Shown: piece after piece, positions 23,726 through 36,100 of the stretch
Position numbering within the stretch: the stretch's first letter is position 1
How the letters are laid out: every line of letters starts with the position of its first letter
Assembly (NCBI GenBank): GCA_958009085.1
Contig: OY253674.1
Coordinates: 1,178,001-1,242,000 of the forward strand
From: Protoeuglena noctilucae
Lineage: Eukaryota
Direction of reading: 5' to 3'
Length of the DNA stretch: 64,000 bases
The notes under the pieces: generated by a model
What the model was told of the DNA's origin: nothing
Database searches by the model: none
Seen by the model: the letters and a program-made list of their open reading frames with translations, nothing else
Made by a program: the position numbers and the translations under genes

Positions 23726-25761
23726 ATGTTCGGCGGGGGATTCCCTAATTTCGTCGACCAGAGTGGAGGAGCGTACGGAGGCAGTGCGTTCGGGGGCAGC
23801 GCCTTCCAGGCAAGTGGCGACTGGGGGGATCCGCGGAGGGCAGTTTAGCGCACCCCTGCTAACCCGGGCGGCCTGCGGTCCTGCGTAGCCAGACCCGCGC
23901 CCACGTTTTCTCGAGCTATTGTTCTGGTGCCGGACGTGGCGGAGAGCTTCGATGGTTCGCAGCGGGGGCCGTAGAGCGCAGAGCATGGTCGCGCCGGGGC
24001 GAGGGGGGACCACCGGCCCTGCTGTCGCCCCTGCCCGCTTTCGCACCTGATACTCTCGTTCCGTGCGTAGTCACCGCAATCCGGCTTTCTGTCGCATTGC
24101 GCGGCGCGGTTCTGCTAGGGGCAGTGGCCAAGCGTGTGGGCGAGGCCGATGGCGACCCTCGGAAGCTGATCCGCGTGCGCAGAACATGGGCGCGACCTTC
24201 AGAGGGGCGGGTCCATTCGCAGGGACGGGCGTCTTTGGTCAGGAGAACATGTTCGCCGGCGGGACCAACTTCGTTGGAGCCCCTGGTGACCCCCGCGCCC
24301 CCTGCGCGGCGCCGACTGCGACAGTCCGCCGCAAACGACATGCAGTATGCGATCGCGCACGCCTTTTCTCAGCCCGCGTCGTCGGGCCGCCCTGGGGAGG
24401 CTGGATGCCTTTTTGCGGCTGGTTGGTTCAGTGAGAACCGAGCGCTGTCCTCTCCTCGCCGCAGGCGACGCTCTCGGCGCTGGTCAGGCTTTCGCGGCCG
24501 GAATGCCCGGGTTCACGGGCCAGGTCGCTCCCGCCCCGCTGCCGATCGCAGCCATGCCTGTGCGCGAAGTTCGCAGCACGGACCCGTCCCGCACCGTGTA
24601 CGTGGGAAACTTGTCCCAAGATGTAACCGAGGAGTGGCTCAGATACTTCTTCCAGAGCTGCGGGGAGATCCGGCAGATCCGCATCGCAGGCAACGCCGAG
24701 TACACCACGCGCTTCGCGTTCGTGGAGTACGGGGACGTCGAGCAGGCCCGATACGCGGTCTCCGTCATGGACGGCGTGGACGTGCACAACCCGCAGGCGC
24801 GTCCGCCCCCGGCATGTGGCGTGGCAGCTGGCCCGCCCAGCCTGCCGCGGACGGGGCGTCTGAACTCGCTTCGCCGCCCACGCAGGTCGCCAACGGGCCC
24901 TTGAAAGTGTCGATGGCCAAGGCTGGCCTCGGGGCCGGGCGGGATGGAGCGGCGGGGGACGCGCGCGAGCGGTCAACACGCCTTCCAGAGGACAACGCCG
25001 GGGAGCGCTGCGGGCGCACCATGCACGTGTCCGGCGTCGGAGATGAGGTCTCGGAGCTTGATCTCGTGCGGTTCTTCGGTGACAACGCCGGGAAAGTCGC
25101 GGCCATCCGAAAAGCCCAGGTGCGAGCGGACTCTCGGCACCCGCGACCCTTCGCGGCGGGGACCTGCGCTCCTTCCACGATATGCACGATCATGGCCGCC
25201 GCGCGCTCGCTCCGCCCGCAGCGGTTCGCGTGGATCGAGTTCTTCGACGTCGCGGGCGTGCAGCAGGGCATCGCGCTGGATGGCGCTAAGATCCTCAATT
25301 CTAACCTGCGACTCGCCATGTCGAAGGCAAGAACGGCTCGCTGCCGATGTCCTCCGCGGCGCCTCGCCCCCGGCCGCGCGTCGGGACGTGCCATCACACC
25401 CGCGCCCCCGCAGACTCCGATCCACAACGCCGGCTGGGTGCACCCGGACATGCGCCGGCAGCTCGGCTTGGCCCCCGGCCCCGACCTGCCGCCGAGCCTG
25501 CCGGCCCCCGCGCCTTCCCTGGCCGCGCTCACGCCCCTCGCCGCCGCCGCCTTCCCGGCCTTTGCAGCCGGGGCTTTCGCGACGCCCTTCCAGGCCGCGG
25601 GGCTCCCCATCGAGGCGCTGGCGCAGCTGGGCGCGCTGCCGCAGGCGGGCGTGGCCGCCCCTCGCCTCGGCCTGCCCGCCACCCTGCCCTTCCGCCTCCC
25701 ACCCACCGCGCCGCCCGGCCCGGCCCCCAACGACCCCGCCGCCCGTGGCCGCCTCTGGTGA
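23726..25761 (+). CDS. Two-RRM RNA-binding protein, similar to plant CID8-13 (PABP-interacting) family
   Basis: RTVYVGNLSQDVTEEWL..FQSCGEI..RFAFVEY; second RRM RTMHVSGV..RFAWIEF..LRLAMSKTPI; first exon MFGGGFPNF ends at a GC donor (23810). Confidence 0.75.
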
Positions 25762-27849
25762 CGGCGGGGCACTCCCCGACTCCGCAAACGGCCGCCCTTG
25801 GCCCGGGCACCTCCCGCATTCCCCGGAGGGGCCAGCGCCATTCGCCCACCTCCCCGCCCGCCGCATTCCGACCCAGGCGCAGCCAGCCCGCCCGCCGCGT
25901 GCGTATGTCAGGGCGCGTGCACTCTGCCGCGGCCTCTCGCGTCACAGAGAGACCCCACGACCCGTCGATCGGATCTCCGCGCTGACCCCTCCGGGCGACC
26001 CCCGTGCCACGCGCCCAGGCCACCGCCCAGGCTGCTTGCCGCCCGCCCTTTTCGTGTGCGCTACCATCGTCCCCCGCGCATCTCTGCGGGCCGACCCCGC
26101 CTCCCCCACCTCTCATCACCCCCACCCCTTGCCACCAAGCCCGGCCCTCACTGCCACGCCAGCCATGCCTTACCTCTCACCCCCCCATCCCCCGCCCGCA
26201 CCAGCGCTTCGATCTTTCTCCTGGTGTCCTCTATCAGCCTCACCCTGCTCTGCTTGAGGTCTTTCGGGTCTCTCCATTGCGGTTCGCACCCCCCATCCCA
26301 GGCGCCATTTTTGCCTTTGTCCCCCTTGACCCTCAGCCATGTAACTCCGTACACACCGCGGACTCCCCTCCCCATGTCCATCCCTGTCGCCCCGGGCACG
26401 CGCAGCCCCGCCCCTCGGCCCGTGGCTCGCCCCCGACACCACGGCCGCTGGCGCCGGCTCTGGCGCGGCCCGGGGGTGCACCTAGACCTACGCGGGGACC
26501 CTTGGCCATTTGCAACGGTGCTGGCACACACCCTGTTCCGCACGCCGCGCCGCTTTCGCCCCTCTCCTTCCCAGCAACCCACCTCCGCGCTGCCATGCGC
26601 CAGGCCGCCGCCCTCGGTCGCCTTCGGGCCGCGCGCCCGGGCCTTGAAGCCGCGGGGCTGCCCGCGCGGGGCTGCTGCGAGGCAGCGGCCATTGCTGCTG
26701 ACTCGTGGTTAGATCGGAATAAAGGTTTTTTCCAAAGGGCAGGCCCACAACACCGCCCCCCCCCCCCCCCCCGAGCGCCCCAGGTTCCCGGCAGCCTCGG
26801 CTCCCCGCCTGGCCCCGCCGGCTTTGACGATCTGCCGGCTTTGACGATCAGCCGCGTCCCGGCTCGTTAGCAAGCGTTTCCGCTCATTCACGCGCCCCCC
26901 TGGCCCCCCGCGCCACCCCGGCACCGCCTCGCTCGCCGCAGCGGCCGGCGCCCCGGGCGACGATCGATCGCGCCGCGCCCGCCCGGCCCCACGGGCACGC
27001 GTGGGCCGGCGCGTCGATTTGAGCAGATGTGTTTCTCTGAAGTGGGCAGGGCTGCCACCACGCCCGCCCTGGCACGGCCGGCGCGGTCGGCCGTACCTGG
27101 CCGCAGGGCAACCCATCCCATCCCTTTGGGCCCCCGCCCGCCCCGCCTCGGCGCCCGGCTCTTAAAAGGCGCAGCACAGCACCGGTAGCATTCGCGGCGC
27201 AGCGACCCTAACCGCGGCCTCTGCCGTCCCGGCCCTCGCCCGCCGCCGTCGATTGCCCCGCCACGCCCCGCCTTTCCAGGTGCCCACAGCCCTCGGTTCC
27301 GCTCCTCTCCTGGTGTTCTCCTGGTGTTCCGCCAAGCGGGCCCGGCCACTTAGTCCTTCCCCACTGCAGCTTAGCCCTCCCTTGTCCTCCCTACCCTTTG
27401 TCCCCCCTACCCAGGGGCCCTTTGCACCCCAGTCAGGGCCCCTTGGCTCACCCCCTTGGTCCCACGCATGCACTCTCCAAGCAGAGCGACCTAGCCGCTG
27501 AGGTTGATGGCTGCATTTGAACCTCTCCACGATTCGGGAAGGACGCCCACAGAGATGTGGCGACGCGCGAATCGTGCCGGATTATCAGACCAATCAGCGT
27601 GACTCCATGCGAACGAGAAACGTCGCGTTTGTTTGTTTGTTTTCTCGAAGCTTCAGGGCCCTTCACCATGCTGCGAGGCCCCACCATGCAGGCGAGCGCG
27701 CGACTTGCGACTTGCATAGTCCCCTTGCATAGACTACGATATTGCTCATTCCAAAGCAACACCATTTGAGTGCTGTTTACGTCCAATCAACACCCCTTCA
27801 AGCGCAGCTGAGGTGCTTTCAACTAAGACGACATCACACCGGCCGTGCT

Positions 27850-30800
27850 TCAAGCAAACGCGAGGTCCTGTGGCCACTTGGGGAACACGCGCTTGTAGAG
27901 GGCCATACAGACGGTGTCGTGCTGGTGGACGGGGCCGTCGAAGATGCACTTCATGAGGCCGTGCGTGCCCACCGGCTCCCGGATGCGGCCGTGTCGGCCC
28001 ATCTTGGTGTGGAGCTGCACGGGGCGGAACCATCGCACGTCCTCTGCGGGGGGTGGGGGGAGTATGGTTATTACATGATACCTTGTACCATATAATATCA
28101 TGATTTGGTAAATATATGATTACCATTATCATGACTGATAGTTATTGTCGTGTTTTATACGTTATCATTGTCAATTATGCCATCAGTGAGTCGTTATTTG
28201 ACTCAAATGTTTGCTGTTATGGCTGTAACGCACCAGACACAGATAGAAGTAATCAGTAACGACCACAACCACATTAACTCGCCTGGGTTGTGGAACATGT
28301 ACTTGACCACGGCTTTGGCTTTGTGTGATCGCATGGGCACGCCCGTGAGCACCGCCCTCTTCACCACCACTCGGTCCGGGTCGCAGCTCTGCAGGTGACC
28401 GGACGCCGCCAGTGCGGGGGGGGAGCCCGCGTGGGACCTGGGGGGGTGGGGGGTATGGGTGGTGGTGGGTGGTGGTGTTGATAGGGGAGCGGTGGTGGGA
28501 GAGTGGTGGTGATGTGGCATGGAGAGCGTATGGGAATGTGGGATGGGTAGTTAGTGATTGCAAAGCACATGGCATGGGTAGCAGAACATGCACACCCCCA
28601 CCCCCAATCACACCCACACCCACACCCACACCCACACCCACACCCACACCCACACTGCTACCCACACCCACACCCACACTACTACCCACCCCCACACCCC
28701 CAATCGCACAGCCACTCACTCAAACACCAGGAGCGGCACGGGCGGGTAGCAGATGGGCGCGTAGACGGTCGCGACGGCCGGCCTCCCATGTTGCAAATAC
28801 CTCTCCATCTTGTGCTTGTCTGCGCCGTGCTCATCGGTGGAGAAAATGGGGCGGGCGGGGAAGGAGCGGTGGCCGGAGACGAACAGCAGGGGGTCCTTGT
28901 TCCTGTGTTGGGAAGAAGACATGTGGGGGAGGGGTGAGAATTTGAATGTGGGAAATGCTACTATGAAGACATAGATGGATAGCGCATCTTTGTACACATG
29001 AGCAGAGGCACATGTCCTTTCGAACGAACTCTGCAGCTTGCATCCACCCTCTACTGCACCCAGTAACTGCCAATCATCACACCGTAAAGCACGATCGCAA
29101 ACCCCGCACCACATTTCCACACATCATCACTCGCCCCACTCACTTGATGGGTGCGTGGTAGTCCCCCCTCTTAGTGACGGCGTAGTTAGCGACCGACAGC
29201 TTGCACTCGTGTTGCAGGTTGCCAAACACGCACAATGGGGGCGCACTGCCGGACGCAAACGCGTCTACCCTCGCTCTGATGGACGATATTTGAATTGAAG
29301 ATAACCCGTCCAGGTATACCCTCACGTACGCGTTTGGGGGGACGCCCTCAGCATCGACGCCCACGGACCGGGCGGACTCGAGAGCCTTGCGCATGGTGCG
29401 ACTGCGATATGGGAGGGGGGGGTGGGGTGGTATGGGTGGTGATATGGGTGGCAGTGGGGGCGGCAGTGGGGGTAGCAGTGGGGGTGGTGGTAAGGGTGGC
29501 TGTGAGGGTGGCAGGGAGGGCGGCAGTGGGGGTGGGGATGAGGGTGACAGTAAGGGTGACAGTTACGCCGGCAGTCAGCTGTACATACACCCCATTTCAT
29601 CCCAACCCATCCAACCCATCCCATCACCCATCACCCCTAATCTCTCCCCGCATCTCCCTTCCCCGTCACCGGAACGACGTGAATGCGAACACGCGCGCGT
29701 ACTCCCTGGGCAGCGACTCTCTCGCATCCCACGGCGACAGTCGGAAGGACTTCAATCCGCGGTACTTCTGAAGGCGAATGCGGCCGGGGACGTCGGGGGG
29801 GAGGTCGATCTGGGGGGGAGAGGGGGGGGGTGTTGTTATGGTGGTGTCGATATCAGTCTGCAGACACGAGCAGTGCCACACTGCCACTTGCAGCAAAAGA
29901 AGCAACACGCAGTTATGATAATATAATGCTATCATTAATCACAATACCGATAACCAAACCCGCACTTTGTCACATAACCACCCACACCACTCGCCTCGTC
30001 GGGGTGCGCCTCCTCTTCCCCCTCTGCCGCCTCCCCCCTCGCCCGCCTGGCCTCATCCTTGTGCCTCTGCAGAGCTGCCAAATAGTCACCGCGACCCTCC
30101 TCGTTCATATCATTATCGTTATCCCCATCATTATCGTCATCCCCCTCTGCCCCCATCCACGCATCGTCCCCATCGGTGCCATCATGGGCAGTGCCTGAGA
30201 AGGGGGAGTGAGCCGAAATGAGATGTGAGGAAACGAATATCATGCTTTTGATGTACAGCATCGCCATTGTGTAGTTGAGAAAAGCAGCGTAGTGTATGCC
30301 GCAACCCCCACCGCCCTCACCTGCCCCGCCCGCTCCCCGCCCATCTCCGCTCATTGCCTCGTCATCTGCAAATGCGAAGCCTGATCACATCATCCTCCCC
30401 TTCACTCCCCACCCTCACTTCCCCCCTCCCTCCCCACCCCTCCCTCACCTCCCTCCCCCTCACTTCCCCCCTCCTCCTCCCCACTCCCCCACTCGTCATC
30501 CTCATCAATCCACGCCGCCTGGTAATCGGACACACCCAGTCGGCCCCTCTTGCCACCACCACCGTGCCTGGCAGCGGCAGCATCCACCTGGGGAGAGAGA
30601 GGCGAGGAGATGTGACAGTGTCAATGGATGGGGCATGAATGAATGATTGTCTTTACACCTTGTGTATTACACTGACCTCCACCTCCGTCATCAAAACACC
30701 CACACTCACACCCCACCCCTCACCTCCGCCTCCCTCATCTCTTCCTCAGTTGGCCACGTCTGTTCCCCCGCCAGAGTATCGGGGACGTTCTCCCGAGTCA

Positions 30801-32604
30801 GGGGCTCCCGGTCAGACGGGCCAGCCTGACTCAGCACCACCTCGCCTGACGCAGGCGCCTCCACCTCCATCCCCGCACCGCCACCTGCACAGGAAGCACA
30901 GAGCAAAGCAGAGCACGTTTCGTGTTGCAAGAAAATCAAATGTGCTGCAATGAAATGACAACCAATGCCTCGCTTTTGCCTTTCCCAGAAGCGAGCGACG
31001 CCGCATATGCGTACCCGCACCCCCACCGCCCCATCAATGTCATCAACACCCCACACCACCCATCCCCGCACCCGTGTCTTTGTCCGCCTCTCCCTCTGCA
31101 GCACATCTGCCACCCCATCCGTGCTTGGGCTCTCTCGCAGCGCATATGCGCGACACGGCGACGTCCCCCATCCCGCACACGTGCAGAGACCTTTGGGCCG
31201 ACATCCCTAGGATTCGAACGTGGCCCTCCAGGTACACCTCCCCGGACGCCGCCACGCCGACCGACGGGGCCACCAGGCACGGCCGTTGCTGGCGCCAGAG
31301 CGGCAGCGTCGACGGCATGGACGCCAGGTGCCTGGGGGGGATGGGAGACAGACCGGGGGATATGAATAACAGTCAGTAACAATATCTGAGCCAACCCAGC
31401 GTCGTTATGCTCACGTACAAGGCGTACAAGCCACTCATCAACTCATCGACCTGCCTCGCACCCACGGTGACCGTGACACTGTGACAAAGCAGCCTCGCAG
31501 TCAAAATCACCTCAGCAGCTGATCGGCGTCCGCATCCGACTCGAGCATGTGGGCCTTGTGCCCCCCAGACAAGCATGACTCGACCGCCTGCGTGTGAGCG
31601 TGACAGAGGCACGGCAGTGGCGTTTGTCAATGAATGGGGATGGGCACAACTACTCGCAACGGCATAGGAGGGCTCTCAAGTGACGCAAAGGAGCAACCAT
31701 GAAACGAAGGGACATATGGACCTCCTTGCCCTGCCTTGCACACGACCACGCACCTGGGACGCCCGCTTCTTCGCGGCGCTGCGGCCCTTCAGGTCCCCCG
31801 CCGCCGGCCCGGGGCCCGTCACCGCCCGCGCGGCGACGCAGACGATCCCGGGGAGGCCCATGCTGGCCAGGATAGCGCAGGCGGCCCTGCCCGCACCATC
31901 CACCGCCTCTGCCCCCGCGTGCGAAGGGACCAGGGCCAGCACCACGTCCGCAGCACGCGCGACTTCCACGGCATCCAAAGGGCGAAGCGGGAAGAGCGGC
32001 GGCGCGAAGAGCGCGCGCAGCGTCTGCCGGCCCAGCTGCAGCGTCGCGGCCCAGGGGCGTTTCGAGGTCGGTGCGCCCGTCCCGGCCGGGCCGAAGCGCG
32101 CCGCCGCGCCCGTGAGGAGCTCCCATGTCGCGTCGATGTCCACGTCGCCAGAAAGCGGCAAGAAACACACCACCGTCGGAGGGGCCGCCCACTGCGCCCG
32201 ACGCTGCGGCACGGAGGAAAAACAAAGCCGCGTCGCGCTCCCGGCCGCCGCTGCCCACCTGCATCGTTGTATGTAACCTCTAATCTCCATAACGCACCTT
32301 TCCGACCAGCTCCGCGCGCTTGGCGTCCCGCGCTTGCTTGGCCTGCAGCGCCCTCTGCAGCTTGCCGGCCCCCGCGGCCGGCGCGGACCGGGCCTCGACG
32401 CCGATGATGTGACCGCCTTGCTTCTGTTCCCTGCGACGCGAAGGCAGCCGCGGCGAGGCGTGCGTCATCGCGGCCGAGTGCGGCGGGGCGGCGTTCGGCC
32501 CAGCCCTAAAGCGCGCCGCACCGGTGTTTGTGGCGCTGCCCCTTGCTCTGATGCTTCCCCGTCTTGTGCTCCTTGTTCTTCTGCGAGCGCCCGCCGCCCG
32601 CCAT
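27850..32604 (-). CDS. TSR1: Pre-rRNA-processing protein TSR1, multi-exon
   Basis: [97 protein letters not shown]. Confidence 0.95.
28609..28700. repeat. (CACACC)n microsatellite in a TSR1 intron
   Basis: Direct reading of tandem cacacc units. Confidence 0.85.
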
Positions 32605-33129
32605 CCCCCCTGTCGGCTCGAGCGCGGCCCGGGTCGGGCGAGAGGGTGCGGCCGCCGCCTGGCGCGGGTCTCCGGGGCCCGGCTCTCCGAACGACGCGTG
32701 AGGGGAACGATCTGATGCCTCCAACTGACGCGTGCGGTGCCCACTCGTCGCCTCTCGTGCGCCAGGGCGAGACTTTTTGGCACGACTGATCCAAACGTGC
32801 TGCAGCGCCGTCTGTCTGGGAGACCCGCGTCAGCGCGCGGGTGCAAGGGAGCTCTCCCTGCCCTTTCAGCGTCACATCTGGCCATCCTTCGGTGCCTTGC
32901 AGACCCGTCGCGCTAGCATCGCTGCAAAGTTCTTCCAGGCGCCCTGTACGCGCGTCCGATTGCCTTGCAAGGGGGCCGTTTCTCGCTGGATAGCGACACA
33001 TCGTTCTGCTTGCGGCTGATAGGACTCGATACCACACCAATCGCGCGTCCGAACCCCGCGCGCGCGCGCATCCCGGCCGACGCGGGCAACGGGGAGTTCG
33101 GGGCAGTCCCCGCGGGCCGCCGCCGGGGA

Positions 33130-36100
33130 ATGGCCGGCAGGGTCGCTGATTGGACGGCATTGATGACGGACGTCGGCCTGGCAGGGCCGGCGGGGCCCGC
33201 TTCCACCGACCCGGGTGCGCGGCGTCCCTGCCGCCGCTGCTGTGCGAACAGGCTCGCCAGCGAGCCCCTCCGGCCCTTCACCCGGCCTCTCTTGCTTTGA
33301 ATCGTTTCATATCTTGTATATCTTTCTACCCGCAGTGGAGCGGCTGCTGACCTCGGACCCCTCGCGGCTCACGGAGCCCATCAAGGTGCGATCCGTGCCC
33401 TGGCAGCCCCGCGCCGGCGCGTCCCAGCCCCGCCGCTCGCGCGACTCCTTGTAAGCAATCTTTGTTTATTACACTGTCCATTCGCTGTCGTTGCAGACAA
33501 TCAAGGACAAGTACGAGCTGCTGCCGGCCTTCCTGCGGGTGAAGGGGCTGGTGCGCCAACACATCGACTCCTTTAACTACCTCATCACCCACGAGATCAA
33601 GAAGATCGTGGCAGCGAAGGGGAACAACGAAGTGCGGTGAGGGAATGCGGGGGACGGCCGCAGCGGTGCCTTGGGCTTCGTCGCCACGCTTCCCTACTGG
33701 TCCCGCGTGCTTACCAGGGGCAGTGCCTCCTGCTCATTGCCATGGATTCATTGCATTGCATTCCGTTCCCGCTGCTTTCTCTCAACTCGGCACTCTTACC
33801 CTTCGCCCACTCCTCCCTCCACACCGCCCTCGCTCCACGCCCCACCCCTTGCCATCCCACCCCTCCCTCACCCCTCCCCATCCCACCCCAACCCCCGCAG
33901 CTGCGACGCGGACCCCGATTTCTATCTCAAATACACCGGCATCTTCGTGGGCCAGCCAACCGTGGAGGAGGACTACGTCACCAGCGGCGTCACGCCCCAG
34001 CAGTGCCGCCTGCGGGACATGACTTACTCCGCCCCCGTTTCTGTCAACATCGAGTATGTGCGCGGCAAGGAGGTGGTGTCCAAGACGGGCCGGCCGGGGG
34101 AGGGCGCGGTGGTGATTGGCCGCATCCCGCTGATGCTCCGCTGCCGCAACTGCGTGTTGCACGGGAAGGACGAGGCCGAGCTGGCCACCCTGGGGGAGTG
34201 CCCGCTGGACCCGGGGGGGTACTTCATCACACGGTGAGGTGATGGGTGGAGTAGCAATGGGTAGTTGGGTGCGACGGTAGCGGAGGATCAGTCAACACAT
34301 GATTGTACGGTGGGGGTCGTGTGGGGGTGGTTAGTCATGTTGTGAGGGTGGTGATGGGTGGGTTGGTCATGGGGTGTAAAACAGTGGCTAGGGTGCATGG
34401 GTCGTGACACCCAACACACCCCATCCACACCCACACAGCCGCAACAACTCAGCAACCCCCCACCCTCATCCCAACACCCCCCCCCTTCCCATCCCCCCAG
34501 TGGCACGGAGAAGGTGGTGATGATTCAGGAGCAAGTGAGCAAGAACCGCATCGTGGTGGCACTCGACGCCTCCGACCAGCCCTGCGCGTCGGTCACCTCA
34601 TCCACCCACGAGCGCAAGTCCAAGACAGCCGTGATCGTCAAGCACGGTCGCATGTACGTCAGGCACAACGCCTTCGGGGACGACGTCAACGCGGTTATTT
34701 GTCTGAAAGCGATGGGGATCGAATCAGATCAGGAGTGCCTGCTGATGGTGGGGGGGGAGGCGGCGGTGGCGGCTGTGGTGGCGCCCACGGTGCAGGAGTG
34801 CGCGGCGCTGGGGGTGCACACGCAGGTGAGAATGGGGTTGTGGGGAGTAATGTGTGGTGAATGGTGGCTGAGTGTGGTTGTGGGAGTGCGCGGCGCTGGG
34901 GGTGCACACGCAGGCAAGGGGTGGTGATTGGGTAGTAAGGGTATAGAGGGTGCCATCTACATGTGCACGAGTATGCTGTCCCACATCTAACGATGACGCC
35001 CATAACACCCCCCCTCCCCGCAGATGCAAGCCCTGGAATACCTGGGGTCCAAGGTCAAGGTCACGCGGCAGGGGGGCGTGAGGGGGGGGAGGACCAAGGC
35101 TGACGACGCCAGGGACATCATGGGTGAGCGGATGTGGTAATGCACACCATATGCGTTGTTGATGTTAATGTTGATGTTGATGTTGCTGTACTCAAGAATG
35201 CTATATATACCAGTAATGATGTGAGCAGTGATGATACACCGAGCCACCACCCACCTCACCCTCACCCACACCCCCACTCTTACCCACCCCCCCCAGCCAA
35301 CGTGGTGCTCGCCCACGTCCCCGTGGTCAAATTCGACTTCTCCGCCAAGGCGGTGTTTCTGGCGGCCATGCTTAGGCGGGTGGGGGTGGCGATGCTGGAT
35401 CCCCGGGAGGTCGATGACGTCGATTACTACGGCAACAAGCGCCTGGAGCTGGCCGGTCAGCTATTGGCGCTGCTTTTCGAGGATCTTTTCAAAAGGCTCA
35501 ATGCGGAGCTGCGCAAGCAGGCGGAGGCCCACGCGGCCAAGGCCGGGAGGGGGGCGACGTTCGACGCGGGAAAGGCGATGCGGCCGGACATCATCACGTA
35601 CGGGCTGGAGTCGGCGATCGCGTCGGGTGAGTGGTTGAAAGCAATTGCAGTGTAAATGATGGTAACATGGCAGTCGTAGACATCATCACACACGTACGGG
35701 TTCCAGTCAGCCACCAGCTCACCCTTCACCCCCACACATCCCCCACCAGTCATTAACCTCCCAACCCCTCCCTTATGACCCCACCATTATAGCTCATCAC
35801 CACCCCTTTATACCCATTACCCCCAGGCAACTGGACGATCCGCCGCTTCCGCATGGAGCGCAAGGGCATGACGCAGGTTCTATCCCGGCTGTCGTTCATA
35901 TCCGCGTTTGGCATGATGACGCGGATCATGTCGCAATTTGAAAAAACGCGGAAGGTGTCGGGGCCGAGAGCCCTGCAGCCCAGCCAGTGGGGGATGCTCT
36001 GCCCGGCCGACACGCCCGAGGGGGAGGTGAGGGGGGGAGAGGGGACGGGAGTTGATATGAACTGTTATAGTATATTGGGAAGTGACATGGATATTGTAGT

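Noticed and set aside
26695..26730. Faint resemblance to the 3' end of LSU rRNA (reverse strand)
   Set aside because: Too short and gapped; no flanking rRNA similarity.
27206..27214. ACCCTAACC as a telomerase RNA template
   Set aside because: A 9-mer only; very close to the putative TATA, with no clear Pol III terminator or pseudoknot seen.
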